From Schmidtea polychroa (lineage: Eukaryota), in NCBI GenBank assembly GCA_044892525.1, contig CM097885.1, forward strand, positions 226,486,001-226,550,000: DNA of 64,000 nucleotides, read 5' to 3'. Positions 25,401 to 38,611 of the stretch are shown here, piece after piece. The position numbers and the translations under genes were made by a program. A model generated the notes under the pieces. It searched no databases and was not told the origin of the DNA. It was given only the letters and a program-made list of their open reading frames with translations. Positions within the stretch are counted from its first letter, which is position 1, and each line of letters starts with the position of its first letter.

Positions 25401-28400
25401 GTCAGATTCAGCTTACTGATGACAACGCCTCAGTCAGCATTTGAATTTAAAAATTAATGTAGCACCTAGAAATAAAAGTACTATTTCCCTATAGTAAAAA
25501 AGCGAGTACGAAAACACTTATATGGGTTCTGAACACCCCCATCTTTCTACTTATATAATCTAAAAATTGTTTTGAATATATGAGCCAGTGTTTATTTTGT
25601 TTGGGGTTCTTGAATTCTAAAGATTGATAAGAAAAAATAACTAACCAAAAGACCACGAACAAAATAATAATTTGATATTTTATATTGACATCATCAATCA
25701 CTTATACATTTTAATTTCTAAAAGGAAAAAAATACAACTTTGAAAAAGCTTTATGAACAAAATGTAACCTTTACAAATTATTCATATTTTTTTCATATTT
25801 GATCTGTTTTCATTTAGATTTCGACTAGCGATCACTGGTTTTCCAATGGGAAAGCAATGATGAATAGTCGAAACATAAATAAATAAATTTGATCTGATAC
25901 GAAACAATACAATCATTTTTTGTTGAAAAATAAAATTTGATTTTATTAAGCGAAGAGTAATCGCAGCAGGGCAAACCAAAGATATTAACCATTTAAAAAT
26001 TAAAAAAATTCGATTTTACAATAATAAGTATTTTTGTTACTTTTTTCTTTTGTTCTACTCGTCCTATTTCAGCATAGATACAATCATTCAAACTAATTTC
26101 TTTTGATGACATTTCTGAAGTCTCTGACTCAAAACTCTGGCTATTTCCACTCATAGTTGAATACGATGAGCATCTATTTTTGTTTTTTAAACAAGACTTA
26201 AGATGAAGATTGTTTTCAAACTCTTTAATGATATTTTTATCAAGATCAAGAGGTTTTTTACTCAAAACTGCTAAAATTCCCATTGTAATAACGTTGATTC
26301 TCTTCCTTTGGCAATCACATGTCTAAGAAAATAATTACATGTTAACATGTCAATTTTAAATTAATTTTCAAACTTTTATTAGAGGTCCCTGTTCAGTTAT
26401 TGATTAGGTTCATTAAAAAGTTAAGATTGATTAAAGTCCAAAACATTTATTTAAATTAATATAAATTTATGCAATATTTTGAACTTATCATTATTAAATA
26501 TTATATAATTTTGAAATAATGCAAATACATTTCTTTTATATCATAACTTATCATTAAATTAAAATGTTTAAATTAGATTAAATTGTTTTAATTTACTATG
26601 AGCATTATTATTTTTTTACACGTTGAGTGCGTTGAATAATATTTATATGGACTCGACACTCAATGCGATAATGATAATTTGAGATAGCAATATATTTTAA
26701 AATTGAAATAATATAAGTGTGAGTTTTCATAATTATAATTTTAGATTGGAATGTAGCAGATGTTGTAATTGTTCATATTTATTCTTTGTTTTCAAGATTT
26801 GCTTTGTTTCAAATTTGTTTTATCAAAATTTAAAATAAATCGGTTAAACAAATGTCATTTTTATAATTATTAAATATTGATATTGGTAAGAGGGAAAACC
26901 GATCGAAAATAAATATTTAAAAAAAAAATAGAATGTAAAAAATCACAAAATCTGTTACATTTCAATTTAGAGTGAACAATGTTGTGTTATAACAGAAGAT
27001 TTTCTATTGTTGAGATTGTATATAAAAAGAATTTATTCAAAAACGATTAAAAATCAGTATTTGTTAGGATAAACAAATAAGAGTGGGTGACAAATAAAAA
27101 GACGAAAACAGGTGATTTGACAACCTGTCAAGCTAAAATAAACAAATTTTATTTTGTTTAGATTTTGTGATTTCTTAGAACTCGATAATTTAATGTGAGA
27201 GAATGAGTAATTCGAGATAGCCCTATGAAAAGGTGAAAAACATAGGCAAATGAATTGATATAAGTTTTCAATGTATTGAATAATGAGCTAGTAAATAGAA
27301 TAAAACTAATAGCCGGTTGCCTGTGGGGTTACCTGGCACCACAGTATTAAAGGAAATATTTGGAAGAATATATTCTAACCAATTTCAATCACTATCATAC
27401 AGATTTTTGAATATATTGCAAAATAAATTTTATTGCGTCGGGTTTACTTACCCATAACCCAATACTATTAATAAAATTGTATAGAAATACAAGTAACACT
27501 CGGTCCACTCCCCGAGTTATATCAAAATGCACATACATTTAGGCTGTTGAAGATATATTCAACAGAAACAGTTGGAATTTAGGAATTCGACGGTGATGAC
27601 TCATAACGACTGATATACAGAGTAAAATGAACAAACGAAGTATAGTGTAAAATTTGGTCGGGAAATCTTATAGTAAACAATTGAATTTGTAATATAATCG
27701 TAATAGTACGAAAGCTTCCATAAGGCGGGTTAAAAGTACTCGAACCATACACTTCCTAATTGTTCATGATTTAATTCTTTTGGTGCTACAATTATTGGAG
27801 TATATGAGGTTGGATCGAGAGGCTGCATTACAATTAGTTGAGAAAAATTACACAAGAAATGGGACACAAATAGCTCTACGCAAATAATTGAACAAAAAAA
27901 TTTATAATTCAAAAGACAAATATACCATACGACACAATTCAACAATTCAGTAGAAAATATTTTAATATCGCTGAAACCGCACTGACTAGACAGAAATTCC
28001 AATAGCTTTAAAATCAATATTGATTTAGCTAATATTTATATTTAATCGATTGTGAAAACTAGTGAAACAAAAATTTTTGGGAGTTACAATTTTGTTGAAC
28101 CTATTTAATTCGTCGGACTTTGTTAAAATTTATTATCGACGGAAATTAGTGATTCAATTGAAAATTGTTGGAATCAATTTGGTACGAGTTATTTATAAGC
28201 GTTTATTTTAATCAACTAACCTATATTAAGGGAGTATCAGTAATCATTTTTATACTGTTTTACTTCTGGTTTAAATATTATTATAAATATTATTGAATTT
28301 GCAACAAAAATAATTTTTCCATTCAACTTGCCCCGTAGATCAAATCCTGAACTAGATAATATTATATTTAATGATTTGTAGAATACAATTCCACCTTTGA

Positions 28401-31400
28401 TTTTCTTTAAATTTAACTATCTTTGATGTTATCAATTATAGTTGTTATGAAGGATTTAATCAATTCAAAAAAAATATAAAAAACGATAATTTTTAAATAA
28501 ATTTATTTATTAACAAAAATATTTCTATTAAAACCCTGTTGATTTTTTTACTTAAGGCATTTTGGTTTATTTCAATATTAATTAAATTCATTTGAAAAAG
28601 GCAGTGCCGAAAATTCGTGAGTATCAACAAACATCGATATATTACTGATTTATAGTCTTCAAACTCTCTTTAATAAATTCAATGGAAAAAATAATCAGTG
28701 GTGAAATTGGAAGAAAAAAAGTTCTTATAATAATTAAATACTTACTATAAAAATTATATAACAATAACTTTTAATATAAATTAATTTAAAATTGTGGTAA
28801 TTATTTACAATTTANNNNNNNNNNNNNNNNNNNNNNNNNNNNNNNNNNNNNNNNNNNNNNNNNNNNNNNNNNNNNNNNNNNNNNNNNNNNNNNNNNNNNN
28901 NNNNNNNNNNNNNNNNNNNNNNNNNNNNNNNNNNNNNNNNNNNNNNNNNNNNNNNGCCATATCAATATATTGCTGTACTATGTCGAAAGCAGGATCATTC
29001 TGAAAAGATTAAAAAAATCAGTTTAATCCAAATATTTCCCTAATATATACATTTATCAAAAAAATCAAATAGGGTTTTAATGTAAATAGTAATTATTGCT
29101 AGGATTGCCAAGTGAAACCTTTAAGAATACCGGACAAAATTTTAAAATAAACCCTAGACTATGCTATTTCTAATTTATTCCCACCGGACAAGTAGTTGAA
29201 TTAACGGACTGTCCGGTTTCAAAAATGGATATCTGACAACCGTAATTATTGCCCCTGTTAACACGTTGACGGACACTTGGGTCTATAGCCGTCATATAGT
29301 GTCAATTTTCGAATGTCACTTGTTTCTACTGTCCGTCAATGTGTTAACTAAATAATGTGGTACAGAAATGTTATAGGATTCCGATAATGTAAAGAGCAAG
29401 AATGTTATCTTTAATTATATGTAATGTTTAACTTTATACTTAATCATACCACGATATCGGGCATTCGTATACTAAAAGATTTTATGCTAAAAAATAATAT
29501 ATTAAAATACTACTTATTAAAATTAATTCCGTCCGCAAACGGTTAATAATGAATTGGACACTTCAACAAAATTAAAAAGAATTTAAAATTAAATTTATGT
29601 GTTATCACTGATATATTCACTAATTGAAACAATTAGAAATAAAAAAGAACCTGAATCATTGAAGAATGTTTTGAACAATAAAGAGGAACAGATAAAGAAA
29701 CAAGACCGAATATAAAAATCCAGCCGCTGTAAATCAAAAATGAATTGATTTCAGTAAAAATTCAAAGCGGGAGGTTGGAAAATATTCATAAGAAATGATT
29801 TAAATTACCTCTCAGATTTTTAAAATTAATATTTTTTGCAAAATTACTTTCATATTGATGAATTATATTTAAAGTGACCAGACGCCCCGGATTTGAGTTG
29901 TTTGTCCTTCATTGAAAACTGTTCCGAAAAGTGTCCCGCATTAGACATATAAAACTTTTAACATTTTCACATATTCACATAAGAATGTCATGGGGTCTTG
30001 AAGTCATAGACAGGAAATAATTTCATCAAATTGACTTCTTTTTTCAGGATAGTTGGTAGCAAACTGAATTCACTTAAATATTTTTCTGTTATAATAAATC
30101 GTTATTATTTGTGCAAATTTATTGATCTATTAACATTGGGAAATGATGGCACGTTTATTCATAATACTAATAATTCAGTTTTTTAAAATTAATTTATTTC
30201 TAATTGAAGAATAAAATCTTTCTGTGTGATTCTTTATTCTTTGTGGTAATGCAAATTTGGTTCAAAGATTTGGTATATTTCGAGGTGAATCTGATTACAA
30301 TTTTACGCGTTAATAGTGAAATATTTAAGTGGCGATGTCTAATTATTTATACAGCTGTATATTTTTATGTTAATTAAATATCTATCTGATTATTATAGTT
30401 AATTAACTTTTTATCTGTGGCCTTAGACTTTATTTCGTTATTTTTACATAACAAATATTTAAACTTTTAATACGATTTCCCTATAAAACAGAACTTAGTC
30501 TTTGCAAGAATCGATTGCTTCAATACGATTTCAAAAATGATATTTTAGGTAGAAGTTGGAGAACTTTGAAATCTCTTCCTACATCGTACAAGACAACAGA
30601 CGAACTGGAAAGATCGATAAATTGGTAATTGGATCAAACCTCTCTGAACGAAACGATCAGCGCCAAATTTTAACATCTTCCTTACTCATAGTCCTCATTA
30701 CAATGTACGAAAAATAAATAAAATTAAAACAAGTTGAAAGTTGGATTAATCTTTAAATGATGACAGTGAGCAGTGTCATTCTTCTGAATCTCTTCATATC
30801 TATTTGTATTTATTTTCTTCTTAATTATTTAAATGCAACGCTCCCATTCAAATGGAATTGAATTATAATCTACAATACTATATTGTTTATTTATAAATAT
30901 TGTTTCATTGTTTGTTACAGTCCATTTCAGAAATTGCTAAAATCATAAAAATTAAATTCTTTTCGCCATTATTACTTTCTATGGCATTTAAGTTTTTCAT
31001 ATTAATAATACTTTAACTTTTGAATTTATAANNNNNNNNNNNNNNNNNNNNNNNNNNNNNNNNNNNNNNNNNNNNNNNNNNNNNNNNNNNNNNNNNNNNN
31101 NNNNNNNNNNNNNNNNNNNNNNNNNNNNNNNNNNNNNNNNNNNNNNNNNNNNNNNNNNNNNNNNNNNNNNNNNNNNNNNNNNNNNNNNNNNNNNNNNNNN
31201 NNNNNNNNNNNNNNNNNNNNNNNNNNNNNNNNNNNNNNNNNNNNNNNNNNNNNNNNNNNNNNNNNNNNNNNNNNNNNNNAAGAAAAAATTTATAATGGTG
31301 ATTGAAATTAAGCAAAGGTTTGCCGGAAATTCTTGTTAATTATATATCAAAATTTTCATCTACTAACTGATTTACCCATCCTATAACGGTGTTGGCATTC

Positions 31401-34400
31401 CCGAATATAATTTATGAAATTATTATTAATGAATTTTATTATTAAACTATAGTTGAAATAGTTGAAGCCATTTTTATTCAATTTGATTTTTGAAATATTA
31501 CATTTACATAAATAATTTCATTTTATCTATCAAAATTAAAAGTAATTGTAAATTTTTAGTTTAATATAATGAATTACGAACAGAAGCACAGATCTGGTAA
31601 ATTCTGTGATTGTATAATTTTGAAAAAAAATGTAAGACAATAAGATTAATTAGTTATGTTGGAATAAATCCTTAATCATAAATTTTTTCTCTATCTTTTA
31701 AAATTCGGTAAATAAATCTTAGGAGCAAATTTGCTTTACCGATCAGGTTAAAATTATATACAAGCATAAGGAAATGCATTAAGAAAAGAGCTACTAAAAT
31801 TCTTTGGAAAATCAAAAATATATAAAAACATACTTTATTTGGAACATTTAATTTTGAATTTTGGGATATTATCACCGAAACGTAAATGACACTTTTATTG
31901 TCGATTCCATAGGAAAATAATTCTTGTCTATTTTTTAGAATGGTATCATTATATATCAAATTCATTAAATGAATTTCGATATTTATTTTTTTTGAAATTA
32001 CAGTTTTTAAATATTCCACGGTTTTCGATGAATAAATTGAGAGAGTAAATGATTTTATTGAATACTGAATTATTATTTCGATTTTATCCAGAATTTTCAA
32101 TTGCACAATTGATTTCATTGTGATTCCATACATTGCCAAGGTATTGTGTTTTTCTAATCGGTTGTTGTTATAATAGAGAGAGATTTCATTATAATTAAAG
32201 AGGCTAATCTTGGAAATTATTGTTATTAGTTTATCAATTGTGAAATATTTCCGAACAGAAATGAGTAACTGCTCTTCGTCAGATATTACGATATTTAGCG
32301 AAAAGGATAAATGAGAAACGGAAGTGGTTTCAAATGGTATTCGATAGTCATATTTGACACTGAAAAGATTTTTTAAAAAAGACGGAATTTTGATATTGTG
32401 ATCTTTTGTTTTATATTTGATTTTCTTCGATATTTTGCTGTCAACTAGAACTGTAAATAAATTAGTTGATAAACGTAATAGTTGAAATCTATTTTTAAAT
32501 AAGAAATCATATAAAACATAACAAGAATGATGACAAACAAATGTCTGTCGTGATGTTTGTCACGACTGAAATAAAGTTGACCAGTATTATTTTATTATGT
32601 ATCTTATGCAAAATTACTTGTAATTTTGCTTTCGAAAAAACATACAATTAGCATTGCGCACACATTTTTTAGTAATATTAAAAATGCATTTGACACCTGT
32701 CAAACAATTTCTATACTTATAACTTTGATCAATATGTAGAGGGTTAATTCTGCACACAATAATAAGAATAATCACCTCCTAAATCTTGAAATATATTTCG
32801 TCTTCTCTTAAATTCCTCTCTTAACCTTCACTGTTACATGCCATTGTTTATTTCCTATACCCTACTCTCAGTTTTACAATGCAAGTTATTCAAATACGAA
32901 TTACACCTTTACTTGACCATCAATCAGTTCAACTACTTTAATTATTCCAAACTCTTTAATATGACAAATTGACTTTTCACTTTTATAAATATATTTTGGG
33001 GAAATACAATTTGCCATGCAATAATAATACATTTGAAATCGAAATATCACATATTTTTTCTATTGTCCTACTTCGGCGACTGTAAGATTAGATATATAAA
33101 TCACTTTTTATACAAAGTACAGTTGTTAATATAAACAATTTATTGACTGATTTATATCAATAAAATAAATGGATGAAGATTGATAAACCCTCGACCAGGT
33201 GCAATGTGAGTAAGAACAGGATCGGGCGCAATGTGCGTAATAGGCCACTTTTACAAAAACAAACATTTTAATCAAATAAAAACATGTTTATTGTTTCATT
33301 TGCTCTATATCCTTATTCAAATTGAAAATTCTCTTTGAGTTTACCATTTTTATTGCTGTATCTGTACAAAGAAATAATAAATAAGGTATGGCATTATTAT
33401 GCTTGAATTAATTAGAAAAATTACTTACTAATGTAAATATAGACATAATGGTTGTACTACCTAAGAGACACAAAGTGCTGCGACTCCAACACATGAGGTT
33501 CAAATGCGTACTACACATTATAGGTCGCTGCAGAATGTTAAAACAACAAGCTACTGAGGTGGCCGGGTGGTAACGATAACGGTAAATTTTGGCTGTGCCT
33601 GATGAATCAGTTGAGCACGACTGAGTGTTAAAAAAGTAATTTCTTGCCTATTTAAAATTTTCTGTTGATTCACCTCCATCGATTCCTGAAAGTCATAATA
33701 GAAAAAGAACACTCATTACAATTGACGATAAATTACATGCAGTTAACAAGCTAGAAAATAAGGAGTCGATAAACATTTTGTGCCAAAAGTAGTGTAGGAA
33801 GATCGATAATATACTATTGGCGGAAGATTAGGGGTCACATGAAACATTTTCATAAAATGACAGAATATGAACCGGCGCTAGATAAAAGATTCACAACAAA
33901 AGAAAAATATTCTGAATTAGATGATATTCTATGTATTGAAACTTTAATATTTTTGAAAACTGGTGTACATATTTTTTAATGTATAAATAATAAATAATAA
34001 GTAATAATAAAAAAACCTTCCAATATATAAATGACACAAAATGGTTGAGTTATTAAGAAAGTAATTAGATTATTTTTTTGTCAAGAGACAAAACCTTAAA
34101 AACGGAGAATTTAGAAATGAATTTTGACTTTCCAATCATCATTACTAATAAAAAATTATATTTTCCAAATCCAATCTAGAATTGATATCATTAATCAAAT
34201 TTATTAGCATTCAATATTTTGAGTAAGTTTGTAGGGTATCAAATGTTTTTGAACCTTGGCTTCTCTATATTTGATGCGAATAACTCGGTAAGTCTTGTAA
34301 AATCTCCATTTATAGACAACTATCTTACTCTACGAGGCAAGAGTAACTGATTTGTTAATTCATTTTTTATTCATAAACTTGTGTAAATTATCGCAAATAA

Positions 34401-35452
34401 GGAGAATGAGTACAAATCGGATTAATGAATTTAATAAATATCTTTAGAGCAAAAGTGAACAAACTTTTACTGTAAATTATTTCTTGAGAATTGTTTTTTA
34501 TTATTACTTTTTCAATTATTGTCATGGCGTCCCCAGGAAAAATTACACTTTATGTATTTAAATTAAAAAACAAATTATTTATTATATATTTACCGACTGA
34601 AGTATTTTTACATTTATAAAGGAATCCTCCTGATAATGCTAGCGCAGAAAGAGTTAGTTATCAAATGAGCATAAAGTTATCGCCGCATTTTGACTCTTTT
34701 TCAATAGTTGATCCATTTCTATATTAAATAGTAAACTCATGAAAATATTTTCAATTTACCAAATTTATTATATTCACAAACATTGACAATTCTACTCAGT
34801 CGAGAATTTTCTTGATCAAGAGTTCCCCGTGAATTAGAAACGAATTAGCCCGAATATAACACGACAATTTTTAACATTTTATTTTTATTAAATTTTGGTT
34901 TAAATTAATTAAATTTATTGTCATGAATATAACCTATGTATTACTTTTAATTACCTAACCAAACGCTTATCTGTTTGAATTTCCCTTAATTTTAATTCTT
35001 TTATGAGTATTTTTTTTCTAAATTCGGGGTCGCGTTATATTCGGGCTAACACGGTAATATTACTATAGTTAATTTAGATATGGGATCATCATAAATTTTA
35101 TTTTTGTATACAATTTTAGAATACATAACAAATCAAATTATTTTTACCTGGAACTGAATTTATATCTGGCATTTCATAAGAATTTTCAGTCGATCGACTA
35201 CTGCTTGTATTAGATTTTATTGTCTGAAATGAAATTCTACCCAAATCTTCCTTCAAGGTATCAGAAATTGAGTTTTTTTTGATAAGAGTTGAATTACTTT
35301 GAACCTTAGAAATTTATAATAAAAATCTCAAAGAAAATTTATGAAACTTCATTTTTCTCATAATAATTCTGAAATCCAGTTCTAATAACGACATTCAGAG
35401 ATTCCTCAAAATCTCTTGAAACTTGACTTTTTTTCTTTTTTAATTTACTCAT
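22491..35452 (-). CDS. Putative tandem-ubiquitin-like-domain / Bcl-2-family fusion protein, copy A (~477 aa)
   Basis: Exon model 35452-35348, 35304-35148, 32450-32384, 32359-31834 (two Ubl domains), 26322-26041 (BH4/BH3-like), 22832-22575 (BH1/BH2-like), 22529-22491 (tail, stop); all GT-AG and in frame (1434 nt). The Ubl and Bcl-2-like exons are well supported individually; the three 5' exons and the Ubl-to-BH4 splice are inferred from phase compatibility and paralogy; two N-gaps lie in that intron. Confidence 0.6.
24479..24905. repeat. Foldback element with ~135-bp imperfect inverted arms
   Basis: 24479-24613 (GTTCCCATCAACTTATTTCATCG...) is the reverse complement of 24768-24905 with scattered mismatches. 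Confidence 0.85.
24985..25140. repeat. Irregular short tandem repeats built from TGACCTTGA / TGAGTCAT / TCTTTGTTTCAA modules
   Basis: Directly visible recurring modules next to the foldback element. Confidence 0.7.
27340..27900 (+). pseudogene. Decayed non-LTR (RTE-like) RT relic
   Basis: Broken translation VKFGREIL...LLVLQLLEYMRL...RNGTQI resembles the RTE RT region VKF...G.RQG..LSP.LF.LVLEY.MR...RGT; weak. Confidence 0.3.
29100..29244. mobile_element. hAT MITE (145 bp)
   Basis: Degenerate TIRs TAGGATTGCCA / TGACAACCGTA with a perfect 8-bp TSD ATTATTGC (29092-29099, 29245-29252). Confidence 0.85.
29262..29343. mobile_element. piggyBac-type MITE (82 bp)
   Basis: TTAA at both sides; 14-bp TIR CACGTTGACGGACA / TGTCCGTCAATGTG (1 mismatch). 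Confidence 0.85.
33691..33945 (+). pseudogene. Tigger/Jerky-type transposase N-terminal relic (HTH_psq + start of CENP-B HTH)
   Basis: RKRTLITIDDKLHAVNKLENKES...VGRSIIYYWRK...KEKYSELDDIL with stop/frameshift. Confidence 0.6.
34846..35054. mobile_element. pogo-type MITE
   Basis: Inverted ends TAGCCCGAATATAAC(A/G)CGAC; right end ...TATTCGGGCTAACACGG followed by TA; left end lacks the outermost bases. Confidence 0.5.
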
Positions 35453-37632
35453 TTATAAAGTTGTTTGATTGGCTTTGTAGGAAATATTTACAATATTGTG
35501 TGACGCGAGATCAATATTTCATACATATACTTACAAATCAATTAAATGACACAATGGATTTACGTTTGAATCAGATAAGGCCAAAGTCAAACTTAATTTG
35601 ATTGGATATCCAATAACATTAAGCTATTGATGTAGTGGTTACACCAATAATTCGAATCAATAGGGAATACACCACATTGCAAAATGTAAAAAATTTATGG
35701 AGTGTATTGTTAGTATTTACATCTAAATAAATAAGTAATCACTGCTAACAAATTATTGTCTAGATTTTTAATCAAAATTTGGAATAATTTATTATAAATT
35801 ATTTTAAAAATTAAAAATATATTGACTTAATTTCCCACGATTTCATTTATCAAAGATTTTGGAAAAATTTTTAATAGGTTGAAATGATTTTTTAATAATT
35901 TAAAGCTGAAAAATTTAATTCGTTTAACCAAAATGAAGGTATATTTCGTGTACTAACCTTGAAAATTCTTTGCAACTTCATTTTTAAAAAAATAATTTTC
36001 ATAAAAATGGTTATGTTTTTAGATGGTGTATTTTAGCGCTTGCTTGCACGTATGTTTTATTATAAAAATTGGATGTTTCGTGTTTATATGTTTACTATTT
36101 TTCTACCTTTTTCTGTGTGCTATATACCCGTTTGCACGGAATAAACATGTCTGCCATATAAAAAATCAATAAAGTTATGTTATTGAAATACACAAACCTT
36201 TTTGTAAAAATTTAATGTTGCAACGAATAAAAATTTATATAGAAATTGAAAAAGTGGTAGAAAAAAATATTACTACACTCGTTTGCAATGAATAAACGCA
36301 TCTATAATGATGGTTGGTTGGTACAACCAATTATAGATGACGCATCATTTATGAATGGTAAATAGTTAATTTGTAAGTTTATTTATTTCAAGTAATTTTT
36401 TTTTATTTAAAGTAATCTTTAAGGCTTGGATCTTGATCCATATAAATATGAGAAGCTCATAAATATTACTTTTTCTCAAAATTTTCTATTATAAATTATT
36501 TATAAATAATTTTTACAGGACTTTTTGATATTTATTAATAAAAATTTGCATTTATTTCGATATAACGTGAGTTATACTATTTTTAAATTAATTAATGGAC
36601 AAATATAATTTATTAATCTCTAAAGAAGTCTATTTTTTAACAACATTTAAGGAAAAGATGGTGAAGTGTTCAATATAGTTTTCCAAATTTTTATAATCAT
36701 TTTTCCCGCTCACTTTCCAGAGCCTTATTGATTTAATCGAAACTCCTTTTGAGGGACACACTCATTTTTAAATTTATGTTAATAAAATTTACGATTTTCT
36801 AGTTTTTTCTCCAAGATCAACATTGAACTGCAAAGTTGATAAAGAAAGTTTAGGACAATGTGAAATACTAAAAAACTATTAAATTTATTAAAAATTGAAT
36901 ATAAATCTTACGAAATTATGGCAAAGTTGAGTTTTCGGAATTTTCTTTAAACGTTTTTTCGGTTATTTTTTTCTAAAAATTTCTGTAAATGAGTGCGTTT
37001 AATCATTACAGCGATTCTACATATCGAAATTCTGCATGCATTTTTTACTATATGTAGTGTTTTGTGTGTGTGTGTGTCATTTATTTTTTTCTATCACTTT
37101 TTCACTTTCTATATTAAATGTTTTTTATTTATTCCAACGCTAAAAATCAGCACACAGGTAAGTTTGTGTGTTTATATTTTATAAACTTATTGATTGTATT
37201 TTAACATTTTATTTTTTATTCATTGCAAATGAGTGTACAAACACTGAATTTAACAAGAAATGCATGTAGACTTTCAATATGAAAAATGAATGTAAGTTTT
37301 TTATTCAAAATTAACTATGAAAATAAAATTCAAACAAGTTGCACGAGTAAATTTAATTATATCAAAAGCGATTAAAAAAAATTCTGAATGAAATAAAAAA
37401 AGATAATTCGAATTAATCAAAATTCTAGAAACAAACCCGCACACGAACACGAAAGGCAAACGTGCATATACACGCGATAAATAATAAAAATTCTAAATAC
37501 GCGCAAAGATACGAGTACAACATTAAAAAAGGGCACACTGGCTCAACCAATCCCATTTGTCTTCAATATACAAAACAAAGGCACCACAACTACGTGCATA
37601 CAGATCAGCCTAAACAATAGGTTTTAACAATA

Positions 37633-38611
37633 TTATTGTCTGTCATCATTTGTCAGCCTGGTGGACATACTATTCTCAAGCTCGCTGATGCGTTTGGTGA
37701 GGCCTGTAATAGCGCAAAGTAAGGCTTCTTCGGTCGAAGGTTTCAAAGAAGAAGATAAAATTTTTGGATTAGTGCTACTACTTAATTGCACAGAGCAAGT
37801 TGGTTGCGGACCAAGTGGCACGACTTCGTTAATCTTGTCGGCCATCTTTGTTAGCTCTACCACATCTGAAGAAAGCGTTAAATTTGTTATGCGTGTGGCG
37901 GTAAAGCAGTCAGAAAAAATTGCTTCAAGAGTTTTTGATCCGCAGCAGCCTCAGGATGTATTTGAGTTAGTTCTGCCATAGCGTGTTGCAAGAACTGTGA
38001 TGGTTTTCTGCTACCCAAAGTTTGCGTCTTAAAGTATTTAGTAAAGACGACAGCTGTAGGCTCTTTAAAAATATCGAGGATTGCCGTACGCAATTCTTCA
38101 TAAGGATTTTTGACGCTAGTAGGCGAAGTACGAAGGATTACGGAGGAAAGTTTACTTAATATCGTCGGGGGAAGCAACGGCAAAATACGACAGTATTTGT
38201 CTCGTGAACTGGTTACCTCGATTCCCTCGAGTGCTAGTTCGGTAGCAATCAGCCAAGTAAGTGGAGATTTATTCTCATCCAAAAAATATTGACATAAATA
38301 CGTTGATCGCTGATTGTTGGACTTACGTTTATGTTTTGTCTGTTTGTGATTGCTGTCTGAGTCATTCTCCGAATCGGAGGAACCGCCAGAAATTGGCAAC
38401 AAACAATGAATGACGCTGTATGGTGTCACTCCGTAGTCGCCCAAGGTAGGACTGTCAGAAAGAATGGTGCCGTTGTACGATAAGAGAAAACGGCATTTGT
38501 GATTGAAAAAATGCTGTATGTTTGAGAAAGACATTTAATTGTCGTGTCCGTGTTTACTGAAACAGATTGTGTTTTATTCGTTCCAGGATTTTTTATTAAT
38601 ATTTGGAACTT
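37633..38611 (-). mobile_element. Ty3/gypsy gag relic with an N-terminal ubiquitin-like domain (Ubl-Gag fusion); no pol seen
   Basis: 38608-38382 encodes a 76-residue Ubl ending LLPISGG (one frameshift in a T6 run), read through in frame into Gag (TWLIATE...KYCRILPLLP...PYEELRTAIL...LGSRKPSQFL...FFLTALP; second frameshift ~37887; then KMADKINEV). Confidence 0.85.

Noticed and set aside
25489-25979. Two short ORFs, one hydrophobic, as a separate membrane-protein gene
   Set aside because: No recognisable domain, no counterpart in the duplicated copy B region, and typical of AT-rich intronic ORFs.
26041-26283. LKSCLK as a PP1-docking SILK motif (consortin/PPP1R3-like gene)
   Set aside because: No RVxF follows, and the exon splices in phase into the Bcl-2-like exon; a motif role remains possible but unsupported.
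13079-31315. ORFs containing X runs (13079, 15231, 21456-21756, 28794, 31013; also 59059)
   Set aside because: Artefacts of translating through N-gaps.
34200-34850. Possible small exons on either strand (e.g. + strand FLNLGFSIFDANNS|TTILLYEAR; - strand ENSRLSRIVNVCEYNKF)
   Set aside because: I could not build a stop-free model with recognisable homology; the minus-strand piece could be an extra phase 1/1 exon of copy A but is unsupported.
36299-36345. Short imperfect hairpin CATCTATAAT...ATTATAGATG
   Set aside because: Small, single-copy and with no supporting context.
38500-38520. Programmed -1 frameshift in the Ubl-Gag
   Set aside because: The T6 run does not form an in-frame X XXY YYZ slippery heptamer; a mutation or homopolymer error is simpler.
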